Made by a program: the position numbers and the translations under genes. Positions 1 through 11,330 of a stretch of DNA of 64,000 bases are shown here, piece by piece. The stretch comes from Macrostomum lignano (taxonomy: Eukaryota). Under the pieces are notes generated by a model. It saw nothing but the letters and a program-made list of their open reading frames with translations. It was not told the origin of the DNA and ran no database searches. The DNA lies in assembly GCA_002269645.1 (NCBI GenBank), contig NIVC01000050.1, positions 1-64,000 on the forward strand. The letters run 5' to 3'. The number at the start of each line of letters is the position of its first letter. Positions within the stretch are counted from its first letter, which is position 1.

Positions 1-132
1 CCAAGGTGAGAGGTTGGGTAAGCAGAGACTGTGGGGAGAAAAAGTTGATGAGGGACAGGGAGGAGAGAGTGAGGGAGGAATCACTGAGCTGTGAAGCTTT
101 AAAAATCCCTTAGCTAAGTGTAACCAAGTCAG

Positions 133-545
133 AGGAGAGAGGGGTTAGACAGAGGGAGAGGGGTTAGACAGAGGGGAGAGGGTTAGACAGAGGGGAGAGG
201 GGTTAGACAGAGGGGAGAGGGGTTAGACAGAGGGGAGAGGGGTTAGACAGAGGGGAGAGGGGTTAGACAGAAGAAAGTGAGGTTAGACAGAGGGGAGAGG
301 GGTTAGACAGAAGAAAGTGAGGTTAGACAGAGGGGAGAGAGTTAGACAGAGGGAGAGGGGTTAGACAGAAGAAAGTGAGGTTAGACAGAGGGGAGAGGAG
401 TTAGACAGAGGGGAGAGGGGTTAGACAGGAAAGTGAGGTTAGACAGAGGGGAGAGGAGTTAGACAGAGGGGAGAGGGGTTAGACAGAAGAAAGTGAGGTT
501 AGACAGAGGGGAGAGGAGTTAGACAGAGGGGAGAGGGTTAGACAG
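133..545. repeat. G-rich ~19-20 bp minisatellite (AGAGGGGTTAGACAGAGGG and variants)
   Basis: About 20 tandem units visible directly, with an alternating AGAAAGTGAGGTTAG variant. Confidence 0.95.
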
Positions 546-886
546 AAGAACTAGAGGTTAGAAGAAATAGAGCCAGAGGTTACTGGCTCAATTTAGTTCG
601 AACTGTAAATTCGCCCACGCATCGCATAGTTTAATAAGTCGGTTGTGCCTACTTTATACCTGCATTTAATTGTTCATAAAGCCGGCCACTAAGCTAACAG
701 AGATTAGCTAGTATCAAGCTACTTTCTAATCGCGCACACAAAAAATGTGCGTTAGGAAATTGCTAAAAATAGATCAGCTATATCGGTAGTTAACTCTCGC
801 TCCCCCAAAGGCGGTGAAAGATGCCATTCTGCATACGCGTTCGCACACGGCAAAGAAGCGGAGAAGGAAGAGGAGGGACGGAAATG

Positions 887-894
887 GAGAGAGA

Positions 895-949
<55 letters not shown>
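887..949. repeat. (GA)n microsatellite
   Basis: Direct inspection; it generates the SLSL/ERER pseudo-ORFs. Confidence 0.95.
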
Positions 950-950
<1 letters not shown>

Positions 951-1524
951 AAGCCAAATAAAGTGCATCATGGTACAGCATAGAGCCGGATGTAGGGCGA
1001 GTGAGTAGATAGCAGAGCATATGCTTGTTAAGAATGATGCGAAGGAGGGAGGGGCGAGTATAGATCGATTCTAAGCCATCCAATCCGAATATAGCATGTA
1101 AGCCTGAGCTCTCGCCATGCCCCATCTCTCTCCCTCCCTCCCTTGCAAGAGCTGGGTATGGGCAAGGCAGAAAAAATTGGAGATGAAGAATGTCGAAGGA
1201 ATTTTTGGCGCACCCGCCCACTCCTTCCCGGCCTGTTGTTTCTCCTTTCGTGCGTCCCGCAGCCTCCGCTTCATCATGTTTTATTTTAATCCTCCCGTGT
1301 CGCCGAGTAAGCCAGCTATTCCAGCATCTGCTCAAAAATAGACACACTTGCTGGCTGCCCATTTTTGTAACTAAACAGCCTGGAATCTTTGCAATATTTT
1401 TCTAAACTAAGTATTGACAATTATAGGGTTGAAGACAAAACGGGGGCGGTTGCGAACTTATATTCATCCTCAAGAGTGATAGGGCTTGTAATTTTACTTC
1501 TGTGCTTGCACTTAGACGGACACT

Positions 1525-1537
1525 GAGACAGACAAGC

Positions 1538-1590
<53 letters not shown>

Positions 1591-1649
1591 CACAGACACA
1601 CAGACAGACAGACAGACATACAGACAGACAGACAAGCAGACAGACGGAC

Positions 1650-1685
<36 letters not shown>

Positions 1686-1689
1686 GGAC

Positions 1690-1742
<53 letters not shown>

Positions 1743-1833
1743 CACAGACACACAGACAGACAGACAGACATACAGACAGACAAGCAGACAGACGGACAGA
1801 TAGACAGACAGATAGACAGACAGACAGACGGAC

Positions 1834-1874
<41 letters not shown>

Positions 1875-1877
1875 GGC

Positions 1878-1915
<38 letters not shown>
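1525..1915. repeat. (CAGA)n microsatellite
   Basis: Direct inspection. Confidence 0.95.
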
Positions 1916-1916
<1 letters not shown>

Positions 1917-2254
1917 TAAAGTCACCCTGATTCCAGTGATTTACAAGGAACTCTTGCCCCAAAATAGAAGCCCTACCGGGCGCTCTCAGGCCAAGGGAAA
2001 ATCATGTTTTTGCGTTCTTTTCTGCTTAAAGGGGAAATGTTATTGAACGAAATTGCCCATCGCCTGACATTGACAGAGTTTGCCCGCAGCTATCACTAGG
2101 ATTCGCTGATTAAGTCGGGGATAAATAGGAGCGATAAATTGTAACTCGTGACAGCAGAGTCTGCTGGGAGGGGCTGATCTGTACCCGTACAATCCTTCGC
2201 ACTTGTAGATGCACAGATTGTAAACATTTTTATTATGGTTTCAGTATAACATAC

Positions 2255-2810
2255 AGAAAGACAGGCATTAAGACAGAGTGACAGACGGACACAGATAGAG
2301 TGACAGACGGACACAGGCAGGTGAACAGTCAGACAGGCACAGACACAGTGACAGACAGACGGACACAGACAGAGTGACAGACAGACGGACACAGGTAGAG
2401 TGACAGACAGACAGACGGGCACAGACAGAGTGACAGACAGACGGACACAGACGGAGTGACAGACAGAGTGACAGACAGACGAACACAGGCGGAGTGACAG
2501 ACAGAGTGACAGACAGATGGGCACAGACGGAGTGACAGACAGAATGACAGACAGACGAACACAGACGGAGTGACAGAAAGACGGGCACAGACAGAGTGAC
2601 AGACAGTCGGACACATACAGAGTGACAGACACAGGCAGAGTGACAGACAGGGTGACAGACAGAGTGACAGACAGACGGGCACAGACAGAGTGACAGACAC
2701 AGACAGAGTGACAGGCGGAAACAGATAGAGTGACAGACGACACAGGCAGGTTAACAGTCAGACGGGCACAGACACAGTGACAGGCAGGCGGGCACAGACA
2801 GAGTGACAGA
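2255..2810. repeat. Degenerate GACA-derived minisatellite (GAGTGACAGACAGACGGACACA...)
   Basis: Direct inspection; lies just 3' of the 2818 splice donor on the minus strand. Confidence 0.9.
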
Positions 2811-2817
2811 TGCTCAC

Positions 2818-5800
2818 CTGAGGCTTGCCCGACCTCGCCAATTCAACAGCGGACGACGCCGCAGCAGCAGCCGCAGCCGAGGCAGAATTCGTGCCAACAG
2901 TTGACGCAGCCGACGCCGCCGACGCGCCACCAGCTGTCGACGATCTCGACGGCGAAGGTGAGGGCGACGCGGAGGCGGCCCGAGCGGCGGCTGCGATGGT
3001 GGCGGCAATGGTAGCCGCGGCAGCCGCGGCGGCGGCCACAGACGATGACGAACAGCAGCCTGGCGGCAGCAGCAGCACGCTGGTCGGCAAGCTGCCGCAC
3101 GAAGCCGTCCTGGAGACCGGCTGGCGCCGGCGCAACAGTCGAATACCGGCTCGAAGCTGGCGAATCGAGTCCAGATCGGCGAGTCGAGCAGCCAACACCG
3201 GCTCGTCTGGCAGCGAGGCGGCGAGGTAGGCGGCCAGCCGGTCAACCTCGGATTCGAGGTGTCGAGCGGCCCGAGGCCCCAGACAAGCCCCGACCGGTTC
3301 GGCGGCTCGCAACGTCGGCGACGTCTCAACAGCAGCTCGGCGCTCCAGGTGGCCGCCAGTGCGGCTACTGGCTGGGCGAGCAGCTCCAGTCGGTGATCCG
3401 ATTCCGCTTCGCCGAGGCCTCTGGCGCCGGCCAGCATAGGGCCGAGGCAACCGTCGAATAGTGTGTCGGTGGCGGCCGTGGCTGCTGCCGGCGCAGCGCC
3501 TCCGGCGGCTACGACAGATGACGCGGTCGGCGGCGGCGAGGCCATCTCGGCTAGTTGCCAGGCGCGCTCGGCGCTGGGGAAAAAGGCGCCAAGATGGCGC
3601 CTGGCGCGGGATAGGCACCTGGAGGGTTGGGAAGGGGTGAGGAGTAGATTCTATCTCAATCCCTACCCATTCTATCTCAATCCCTACCGATTCTATCTCA
3701 AACCCTACCGATTCTATCTCAATCCTTATCGATTCTATCTCAATCCCTACCGATTCTATTTCAATCCCTACCCATTCTATCTCAATCCCTACCCATTATA
3801 TCTCAATCCTTATCGAGTCTATCTCAATCCTTATCGATTCTATCTCAATCCTTATCGATTCTATCTCAATCCTTATCGATTCTATCTCAATCCCTGCCGA
3901 TTCTATCTCAATTTCTACCGATTCTATCTCAATTTTTACCTATTCTATCTCAATCCCTGCCGATTCTATCTCAATTTCTACCAATTTTATCTCAATTTTT
4001 ACCGATTCTATCTCAAACCCTACCGATTCTATCTCAATCCCTACCGATTCTATCTCAATCCCTATTGAGTCTATCTCAATTTCTACCGATTCTATCTCAA
4101 ACCCTACCGATTCTATCTCAAACCCTACCGATTCTATCTCAATCCCTACCGATTCTATTTCAATCCCTACCGATTCTATCTCAATCCCTACCGATTCTAT
4201 CTCAATCCCTACCGATTCTATCTCAATCCCTACCGATTCTATCTCAATTTCTACCGATTCTATCTCAATTTTTACCTATTCTATCTCAAACCCTACCGAT
4301 TCTATCTCAAACCCTACCGATTCTATCTCAATCCCTACCGATTCTATCTCAATCCCTACCGATTCTATCTCAATTTTTACCTATTCTATCTCAATCCCTA
4401 CCGATTCTATCTCAATCCCTACCGATTCTATCTCAAACCCTACCGATTCTATCTCAATCCCTACCGATTCTATCTCAATCCCTACCGATTCTATCTCAAT
4501 CCCTATTGAGTCTATCTCAATCCCTATTGAGTCTATCTCAATCCTTATCAAGTCTATCTCAATCCTTATCGAGTCTATCTCAATCCTTATCGAGTCTATC
4601 TCAATCCTTATCGAGTCTATCTCAATCCTTATCGATTCTATCTCAATCCCTACCGATTCTATCTCAATCCCTACCGATTCTATGTCAATCCCTACCCATT
4701 ATATCTCAAACCCTATCGATTCTATCTCAATCCCTACCGATTCTATCTCAAAATGGAACGATTCCATCTTAAATTGTACCGATTTTCTCTCAAATCCTAC
4801 TGACCATTTTCTATCTCAACTTCCAAGCAAGTTAAATCAAATTGAATCATGAGCAACCCTCATTGCAATATTTCAAAATGGAGAGTGATAAGCATAGATA
4901 TTAGGGTAAAAGAGCCGGGTGCAGACACGGAAAATTCAAGCAAGAAGATCACGCCACATTTTTCCCTGTGTTCAGTCGCGAGGATAAAGTTCGGCAGGAT
5001 GACACCCGACACCCCGACACGGATCTGACGTGAACCAATTCTTCAACTCTCTCCTCTCAGCCTTCTTCCTTTCGCCGCGCTCCCAAAGCTCTCGGCATCA
5101 CGTGAGAAGAATTATTTGAACAAAAAACTGGTCACGAAGGATGGGCGTGTCATGATATTGCTCTTCTAGTTCCCTCACTGCGATGGCGAGAGAATCTTCG
5201 ATATTTTTCCCTGAAGAAAGACCAATTCCCACATGTGAACTTTACTTCTCAATCTAATACTCTACTTCTCAACCCCAGTCTATCTATCACTCTACCTCTC
5301 AATCTCAGTTCATCTAACACTCTACCTATCAACCTCAGTCTATCTAACACTCTACATCTAATCTCAGACTATCTAACGCTGTTTTTCCCAGAGCCATCTC
5401 AAAGTACTTTCATTTCCATTGAAAAACATTGCACATACCTGTCACCGTAGCGTTTCATCAGCAGCGCCCTTGTGGCAGCCACGACGTCTGGCAACGCCGC
5501 GAAGGCTTCAAGTCGACCTCGAAGCCGGTTGGCGCACTGGTCCGGCAAACGTCGAGGCGACAGGGCGCCGGTGAAAGCGGCGACAGCCGAAGAAATTTCG
5601 TCGCTAAGCGACGGGAGGTCGTTCAAAATGATGGCGAAAAATCGGCGACCGCGACTGGTGCTGGCGTTGCGATCTGCGCAGGTGATTATCAGGGTGTAGG
5701 TGATTGTTGACACCTGAGTATCAGGTGATTATCCTGTGTTTATCAGAGTGTGGGGGATTAGTGGCCACATCTGCTCATCATCAACCAGAAGCTCACCGTC

Positions 5801-8800
5801 TCCATCGCACACAACGTCGTCATCATCGTCAACTCGATCAACATCATCCAATTCGTCGTCCTCATCCAGGTCGCAGTCGGTCTCCATCCGGGCCAGGCTG
5901 CGGCAAGCCAGCTGAGTCAGGCTGTCCAGCTTGGACCGACAGGTGGTCAGCGAAGCCGCCAGCCAATCAGCGAGTGCAGCCAAGGGCGCTTCTAATTGGC
6001 TGGCCGTCACGCGACAGGCGCCGCCCCGCCTGCCAGCCAGCCAATCGGAGAGCTCGGCGCAGCACAGGGCCACCGCTCTCAGGCAGGGCTGCAACAGCTG
6101 CGGCGTAGGCGGTGTTACTAAGGATGCCGCTGTTGTTAGGCTGTTGCTATAACTACGACGAAGACGACGACTTGTTGACGATTGGGAAGACAAAGCGAGG
6201 TGACGATCGAAGGCGCGTAACCACTCGGTCTGTTATTTGAGTTGTTTGTGTAGGATTGCAGCAGTTTTGGCGGGCGGAAGCTGGACACTAGACGTATGAA
6301 AATGCTCCATACGTCTCAAAATGAGCTCAATAGGTCTAAAAAATGAGCTCAAAATTGTTCAACACAAGCTTAATACGTTTCAAAATAATAATAATAATAC
6401 AAAATATACTACCTCTGCCCTAATGGCCAGATGTGCAACCGACAGCTCAGCCGCAGCGATTGTGCGGCGCATCTGAAGGCTGCGTACGGCTGTTCAGTCC
6501 AAGGACTGGGGGGGGGGGGGTTGCCACACACACCCTGAGTTACCCCAGCTAATGCTGGCACCCATTTTACGGCTGGGGGAACTCAAGCAATGCAGAGTGA
6601 AGTGTCTCTTACTCAAGGACACAAATTGTTCCGAGTGGGTCGAGAATCGAACCCCCGACTTTTCAGTCATGAGTCCGACGCTCTGACCACTAAGCTACAG
6701 CCCCCTCTAAGCTACAGCCCCCTCTAAACTACAACCCCCTCTAAGCTAAAACCCCCTCTAAGCTACAACCCCCTCTAAGCTACAGCCCCCTCTAAGCTAC
6801 AGCCCCCCCTAAGCTACAGCCCCCTCTAAGCTACAGCCCCCTCTAAGCTACAGCCCCCTCTAAGCTACAGCCCCCTCTAAGCTACAGCCCCCTCTAAGCT
6901 ACAGCCCCCTCTAAGCTACAGCCCCCTCTAAGCTACAACCCCAAAATGTGAACTCAACACTGCCCCAAAAGAGGAACTCAAGAAAGCCGAACAAAGCTTC
7001 CAAGAATCGCCAATCAGCTTTGCCTAGCCATCCCCAGCTGACTTACCTGACAAGCGTGCAGCTGCAGGCGCAGAGCCAGAGACTGCAGGCAGGGTAGCAG
7101 TGCGGCAGGCTTGGCGGGGAACAGGCCGCTAGTCTCGCTAGCTGTCACTCGAACCGCATCAGCCATAGCGCCAACAGCTGACGGGGGCAGCAGCCACAGG
7201 CAGCCTAGATTATTATCCCTATCGCTGTCATCAGACACGGGGCCCCAGCTCAGGCCGATGGTCCGGTAAGGATGAAATCGATAGTCAATCTGACGCCAGA
7301 CAAGCTCCAGATACTTGCCAACAACGTGATGCCTGACTGGCACGTCTGAATAATCCGACCAGCGAACGCCTTTCTTTTTCTTCTTTTTAGCCGCAGGCGG
7401 TGCGTCTGCAGTTGAAGTCGAAGTGGCGGCCAGAGACGATTGAGCCTGCTGCGGCGGTAGCGGAGGCGGTGGCGGAGGCGGCGCCGCTGACTGACTCGGA
7501 GGTGAATGCGGCTGCGGCTGTGGCGGCGGCGACTGAGGCCCCGGCGGCTCAGAGTTCAAACCGCTGACCAGATTCTCCACGGTGTCATCTTTGCGTAGCA
7601 GGCCGCCGACAACGGTGGAATGGCTGCCGCCAATGGTGCTTGTGTCGGATTCGGCGCTTGAGCCGCCCTGGCGCGGCAGCAGCTGGGTGCTCTGCGCCAG
7701 ACAGTCAAGCAGGCCGCTGGCAAAGTCCCACTCTGCTCGAAGCCAATCGGTTATGGGACACGTCTGAGCCGACAGGAGGGCCACGGCGGCGGCGGATGCG
7801 GAGGCTTGGGCGGCGTCAACGTCGACTGGGTGGTTGGGCGATGGTGACGGTGTTGACTATGCTTTTTCAAACTTTATCAGGTTCTTTTCTGATAATTGGA
7901 TTCTCTTTGATGCTAATCTGATTCTGTTCTATGCTAATCCGATTCTCTTTGGTGCTAATCCGATTCCGTTCCGTGCTAATCCGATTCCGTTCTGTGCTAA
8001 TCCGATTCTGTTCTGTGCTAATCCGATTCTGTTCTGTGCTAATCCGATTCTGTTCTGGAGGGGGAACAGTGCTAGTCTACATACACTAAATCTGCTACTA
8101 GGCAGTCACTCACGGCCCCTAAGGGGGACACAGTGCTAGTCCACATACAATAAATCTGCTACTAGGCAGTCACTCGCGGCCCCCCAAGGGGACACAGTGC
8201 TAGTCCACATACACTAAATCTGCTACTACTCACGGCCCCTAAGGGGGACACAGTGCTAGTCCACATACACTAAATCTGCTACTACTCACGGCCCCTAAGG
8301 GGGATACAGTGCTAGTCCACATACACTAAATCTGCTACTACTCACGGCCCCTAAGGGGGACACAGTGCTAGTCCACATACACTAAATCTGCTACTACTCA
8401 CGGCCCCTAAGGGGGACACAGTGCTAGTCCGCATACACTAAATCTGCTACTACTCACGGCCCCTAAGGGGACACAGTGCTAGTCCAAATACACTAAATCT
8501 CCTATTACAGGTTATCACTCACCGCCAGTGCCGCAGTCGGCAATTGCATCGGCCAATCCATCGCAGTTAAAGTAGAACCGGTGCACCGCAACCTCCGGCG
8601 CTTCGGCTCGCTCCTCCGCCAGCCGGTTGATCAGCCGGGCGAACGTCACCGGTCGAAGATCTTCAACAGCCTCTGACGGAGCGGCAAACTCGGCCAGATT
8701 CGAGCATCGCCTATTAAGCAGACGGCGCTGCCATTTCACCTGGTCGAGAGTGCTGTTAAATTCTTCGAGGCCGCGGCAAAGTTCGAATAGATCCTCCCGA

Positions 8801-10692
8801 GTGTGCCGGGCCAAGCCCGTGCGGGCGAGCACACTGAGACTGGCCTGTGGTTTTATTTATGAATTCTTATTAAATAGCCGAATAACGCTGGGTCACAGAG
8901 GCTCGAATCACCTCGGATCCCACATTTAACCCGAGATGACAAGCTCTACGTAAATCCCAAATCCCAGATCAGAAACCATCAGATTGTAAATTATTTTTTA
9001 TTACAGTTCCATTCACCAAAATATTAGACACGACACAAAATCTTAGATCTCAAAGCGCTATATTCCAAACCCCTAGATCCTATATCTCTAGATGCTATAT
9101 CCCTAGATCCTATATCCTTAGACCGAGATCCCTAGATTCTAGATCCCTAGATCCTAGTTCCTAGATTCTAGATCCATTAGATTCTAGATCCCTAGATCCT
9201 AGTTCCTAGATCCTTGATCTTAGATCCCTAGATCCTATAACCCTAGATCCTATAACCCTAGATCCCTTGATCTTAGATCCCTAGATCCTATATCCCTAGA
9301 TCGAGATTCTTAGATTCTAGATCTCTAGATTTTAAATCCCTAGATCCTAGTTCCTAGATCATAGATCCCTTGATCCTAGATCCTTTGATCCTAGATCCTA
9401 GATCCCTTGATCCTGGATCCCTAGATCCCTAGATCCTAGATATTTGACTCTAGACCCCAAAAAATCCCCCAAAGCATCCACATCCCAAATTGCACAGAAG
9501 CAACAAACCTGCAGAAAAGCCCTAGTAGACGCCAAGGCCCGATACAGCAGCCTATCCGCTGAGTCTTTATACGCAGCCAGGGCGGGCCTAGCCAAAGGCA
9601 GGCACTCCTGCAGTGGCGCGCTAGCCTGCACGTAGGATCGAACGTGTTGGGCGTGACTCAGACTGGCTCTGAGGCGCTCGCACAGGGCCCTAGCCGAGCC
9701 CAGCTTCGAGCTGACAACGGCGGCGCAATCGTAGCGACTGGCGCCCGAGGCAGACGATGATGAAGAAGGGCGCCTGGCGTCCGCCAGCTGGTTGGCCTCG
9801 TGATCTCGGATGCGATCGATTTGATCGGCTAGCAGTGCCAGGTCGCGCAGTCGGTTGGCAATCTGGAAAAGAAAGGAGTGAGCACACGATTAGGATTGAT
9901 CTCAATCTAGTTGAGATCAAAATGAAGTCATCTAGACATCTCGATTTGAGCATCTAGACATCTCGATTTCAGCATCTAGACATCTCGATTTCAGCATCTA
10001 GACATATCAATTTGAGCATCTAGACATCTTGATTTGGGATCTATTAATTTCGAATTGGACATTCATAGATCTCTCAAATTGGACATCTATAGATCTCTCA
10101 ACTTAGACATTTATGGATCTCTCAACTTGGACATCTACAGATCCGAACCCGTCGCCTTCCCCATCACCTTTCTATCCAGCTCCAACAGGTGCAGTCGCCT
10201 CTCCAACTCGTGCAATCTCTGCAGGCCGGTGTGAAACCTTGGCAACGCGCCGGCGTGTCTCATAGCCAGGCTGTCCGCCCCGCTGCAATGCAGGGTGACG
10301 CCAAGTGCCGGCTGGTTGACAAACTTCGCCGTGGCCTCCCTCAGGGCGTCTCTCAACGCGTCCTGATCAAGTCGGACCCAACGGCGAGGGCCGGGCATCG
10401 GGAAGCGACTGGGTGGCGACGGCGAAGCAAAGTCTGGCGACTTTGAAGTTGCCGCAGTTGCAGCTGCAGCAGCAGCGGCGTCTTGGCGCATCAAGTAGTT
10501 GCGAGCGGAGGATGACGCTGGTCGATGCTTCAACGGCGGCTGCATCGTCATCGGCGGTGGCGTCGCCATCTGGTCGTCATCTTTGTAGCTAAAATTATCA
10601 CTGTTGCCAGACTCGGGATTGCTGGCTGACGGCTCGTCTTCGACCGGTTTGGCTCGGCCGATGCTGCCGAGCAGGGCTCGAGTAGTTGTCAT
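2818..10692 (-). CDS. CCDC142: CCDC142-like helical protein. Exons 10692-10168, 9862-9509, 8844-8523, 7825-7047, 6097-5797, 5673-5439, 3618-2818. The last of these has an apparent 1-bp deletion near 3290-3340; terminal exon(s) unresolved.
   Basis: All six junctions are GT-AG and phase-consistent (0,0,1,0,1,2). Segments LRPVTFARLINRLAEERA, FFAIILNDLPSL, TWSAELLL, GPRAARHLESEV and LDSIRQLRAGIRLLRRRQP occur in the same order as recalled human CCDC142 segments (ARPFPTSRVLRLLTGERG, SFLLLIQKDLPPL, AWLDHIL, SLQGALQLKQDF, LSIFQQLDGALLCLLQQP). Gene structure is well supported; the name comes from memory and was not searched. Confidence 0.65.
3645..4760. repeat. 21-bp minisatellite (TTCTATCTCAATCCCTACCGA), ~50 copies, intronic
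   Basis: Direct inspection. Confidence 0.95.
6383..6706 (-). mobile_element. tRNA-derived SINE with CORE-like central domain
   Basis: Minus strand reads GGGGGCTGTAGCTTAGTGGTCAGAGCGTCGGACTCATGACTGAAAGTCGGGGGTTCGATTCTC, with an A box at 6697-6687 and a B box at 6653-6644. It continues GTGTCCTTGAGTAAGAGACACTT...CAGCCGTAAAATGGG, resembling the MIR/CORE conserved block, and ends in a (TAT)n tail at 6399-6383. Confidence 0.8.
6690..6942. repeat. 17-18 bp tandem array (CTAAGCTACAGCCCCCT) identical to the SINE 5' end, ~14 copies
   Basis: The unit is the reverse complement of the first ~17 nt of the adjacent SINE and is contiguous with it. Confidence 0.9.
7895..8505. repeat. 21-bp array (~7895-8055) followed by a 56-bp array (~8055-8505, ~8 copies), intronic
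   Basis: The 56-bp period is confirmed by TGCTACTA at 8221, 8277 and 8333. Confidence 0.9.
9070..9445. repeat. Degenerate (CCTAGAT)n-type array, intronic
   Basis: Direct inspection. Confidence 0.9.
9940..10140. repeat. Short TCTAGACATCT / GGACATCTATAGATCT arrays, intronic
   Basis: Direct inspection. Confidence 0.8.
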
Positions 10693-10864
10693 GCTGGCAA
10701 GTAACAGTGGAGACTTTGAATGTACATGTACTTTTAAAACTTTGAATATACTTTTACAATTTTTAATGTACTTTCAAAGTTTTTAATGTACTTTTACAAA
10801 TTGAATGTTCTTCTGGTAAAGTACATTGCCTAAAGTGCAAAACAGTGGAGCTTGGAGCTAACTG

Positions 10865-11330
10865 CCTAATATCTAATCTCATACTGATCTCAATGGATTG
10901 TAGATGACTGCGTAATATCTAATCTCATACTGATCTCAATGGATTGGAGATGATTCCCTAAAATCCAATTCCATAATGATCTCAATGGATTGGAGATGAT
11001 TCCCTAAAATCCAATTCCATAATGATCTCAATGGATTGGAGACGATTCCCTAAAATCCAATTCCATAATGATCTCAATGGATTGGAGATGATTCCCTAAA
11101 ATCCAATTCCATAATGATCTCAATGGATTGGAGATGATTCCCTAAAATCCAATTCCATAATGATCTCAATGGATTGGAGATGATTCCCTAAAATCCAATT
11201 CCATAATGATCTCAATGGATTGGAGATGATTTCCTAATATCTAATCTCATATTTATCTAATCTCATATTGATCTAAGCTCATACTGATCTAATCTAATAC
11301 TGATCTAATCTTAATGGATTAGAGCTGATT
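10865..11330. repeat. 46-bp minisatellite (CTCAATGGATTGGAGATGATTCCCTAAAATCCAATTCCATAATGAT)
   Basis: Period confirmed at 10935, 10981 and 11027. Confidence 0.9.

Noticed and set aside
1402-2743. ORFs of LSVC/QTDR repeats, plus similar repeat ORFs at 3463-4772, 12565-13027, 27585-28270, 45011-46116 and 53926-55984
   Set aside because: All are stop-free readings of micro- and minisatellites lying in introns or intergenic DNA.
2825-4068. + strand ORFs at 2825-3229, 3045-3461 and 3463-4068
   Set aside because: Antisense to the minus-strand exon, or running into the 21-bp satellite.
6635-6706. Possible tRNA-Met gene on the minus strand
   Set aside because: The anticodon and acceptor stems do not pair properly, there is no poly-T terminator, and it runs into a CORE-like body, so it is treated as a SINE head.
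8055-8505. 56-bp, 46-bp, 36-bp, 35-bp, 44-bp and 47-bp regular repeats superficially like CRISPR arrays
   Set aside because: Head-to-tail identical units with no unique spacers, no cas genes, and a eukaryotic intron context.
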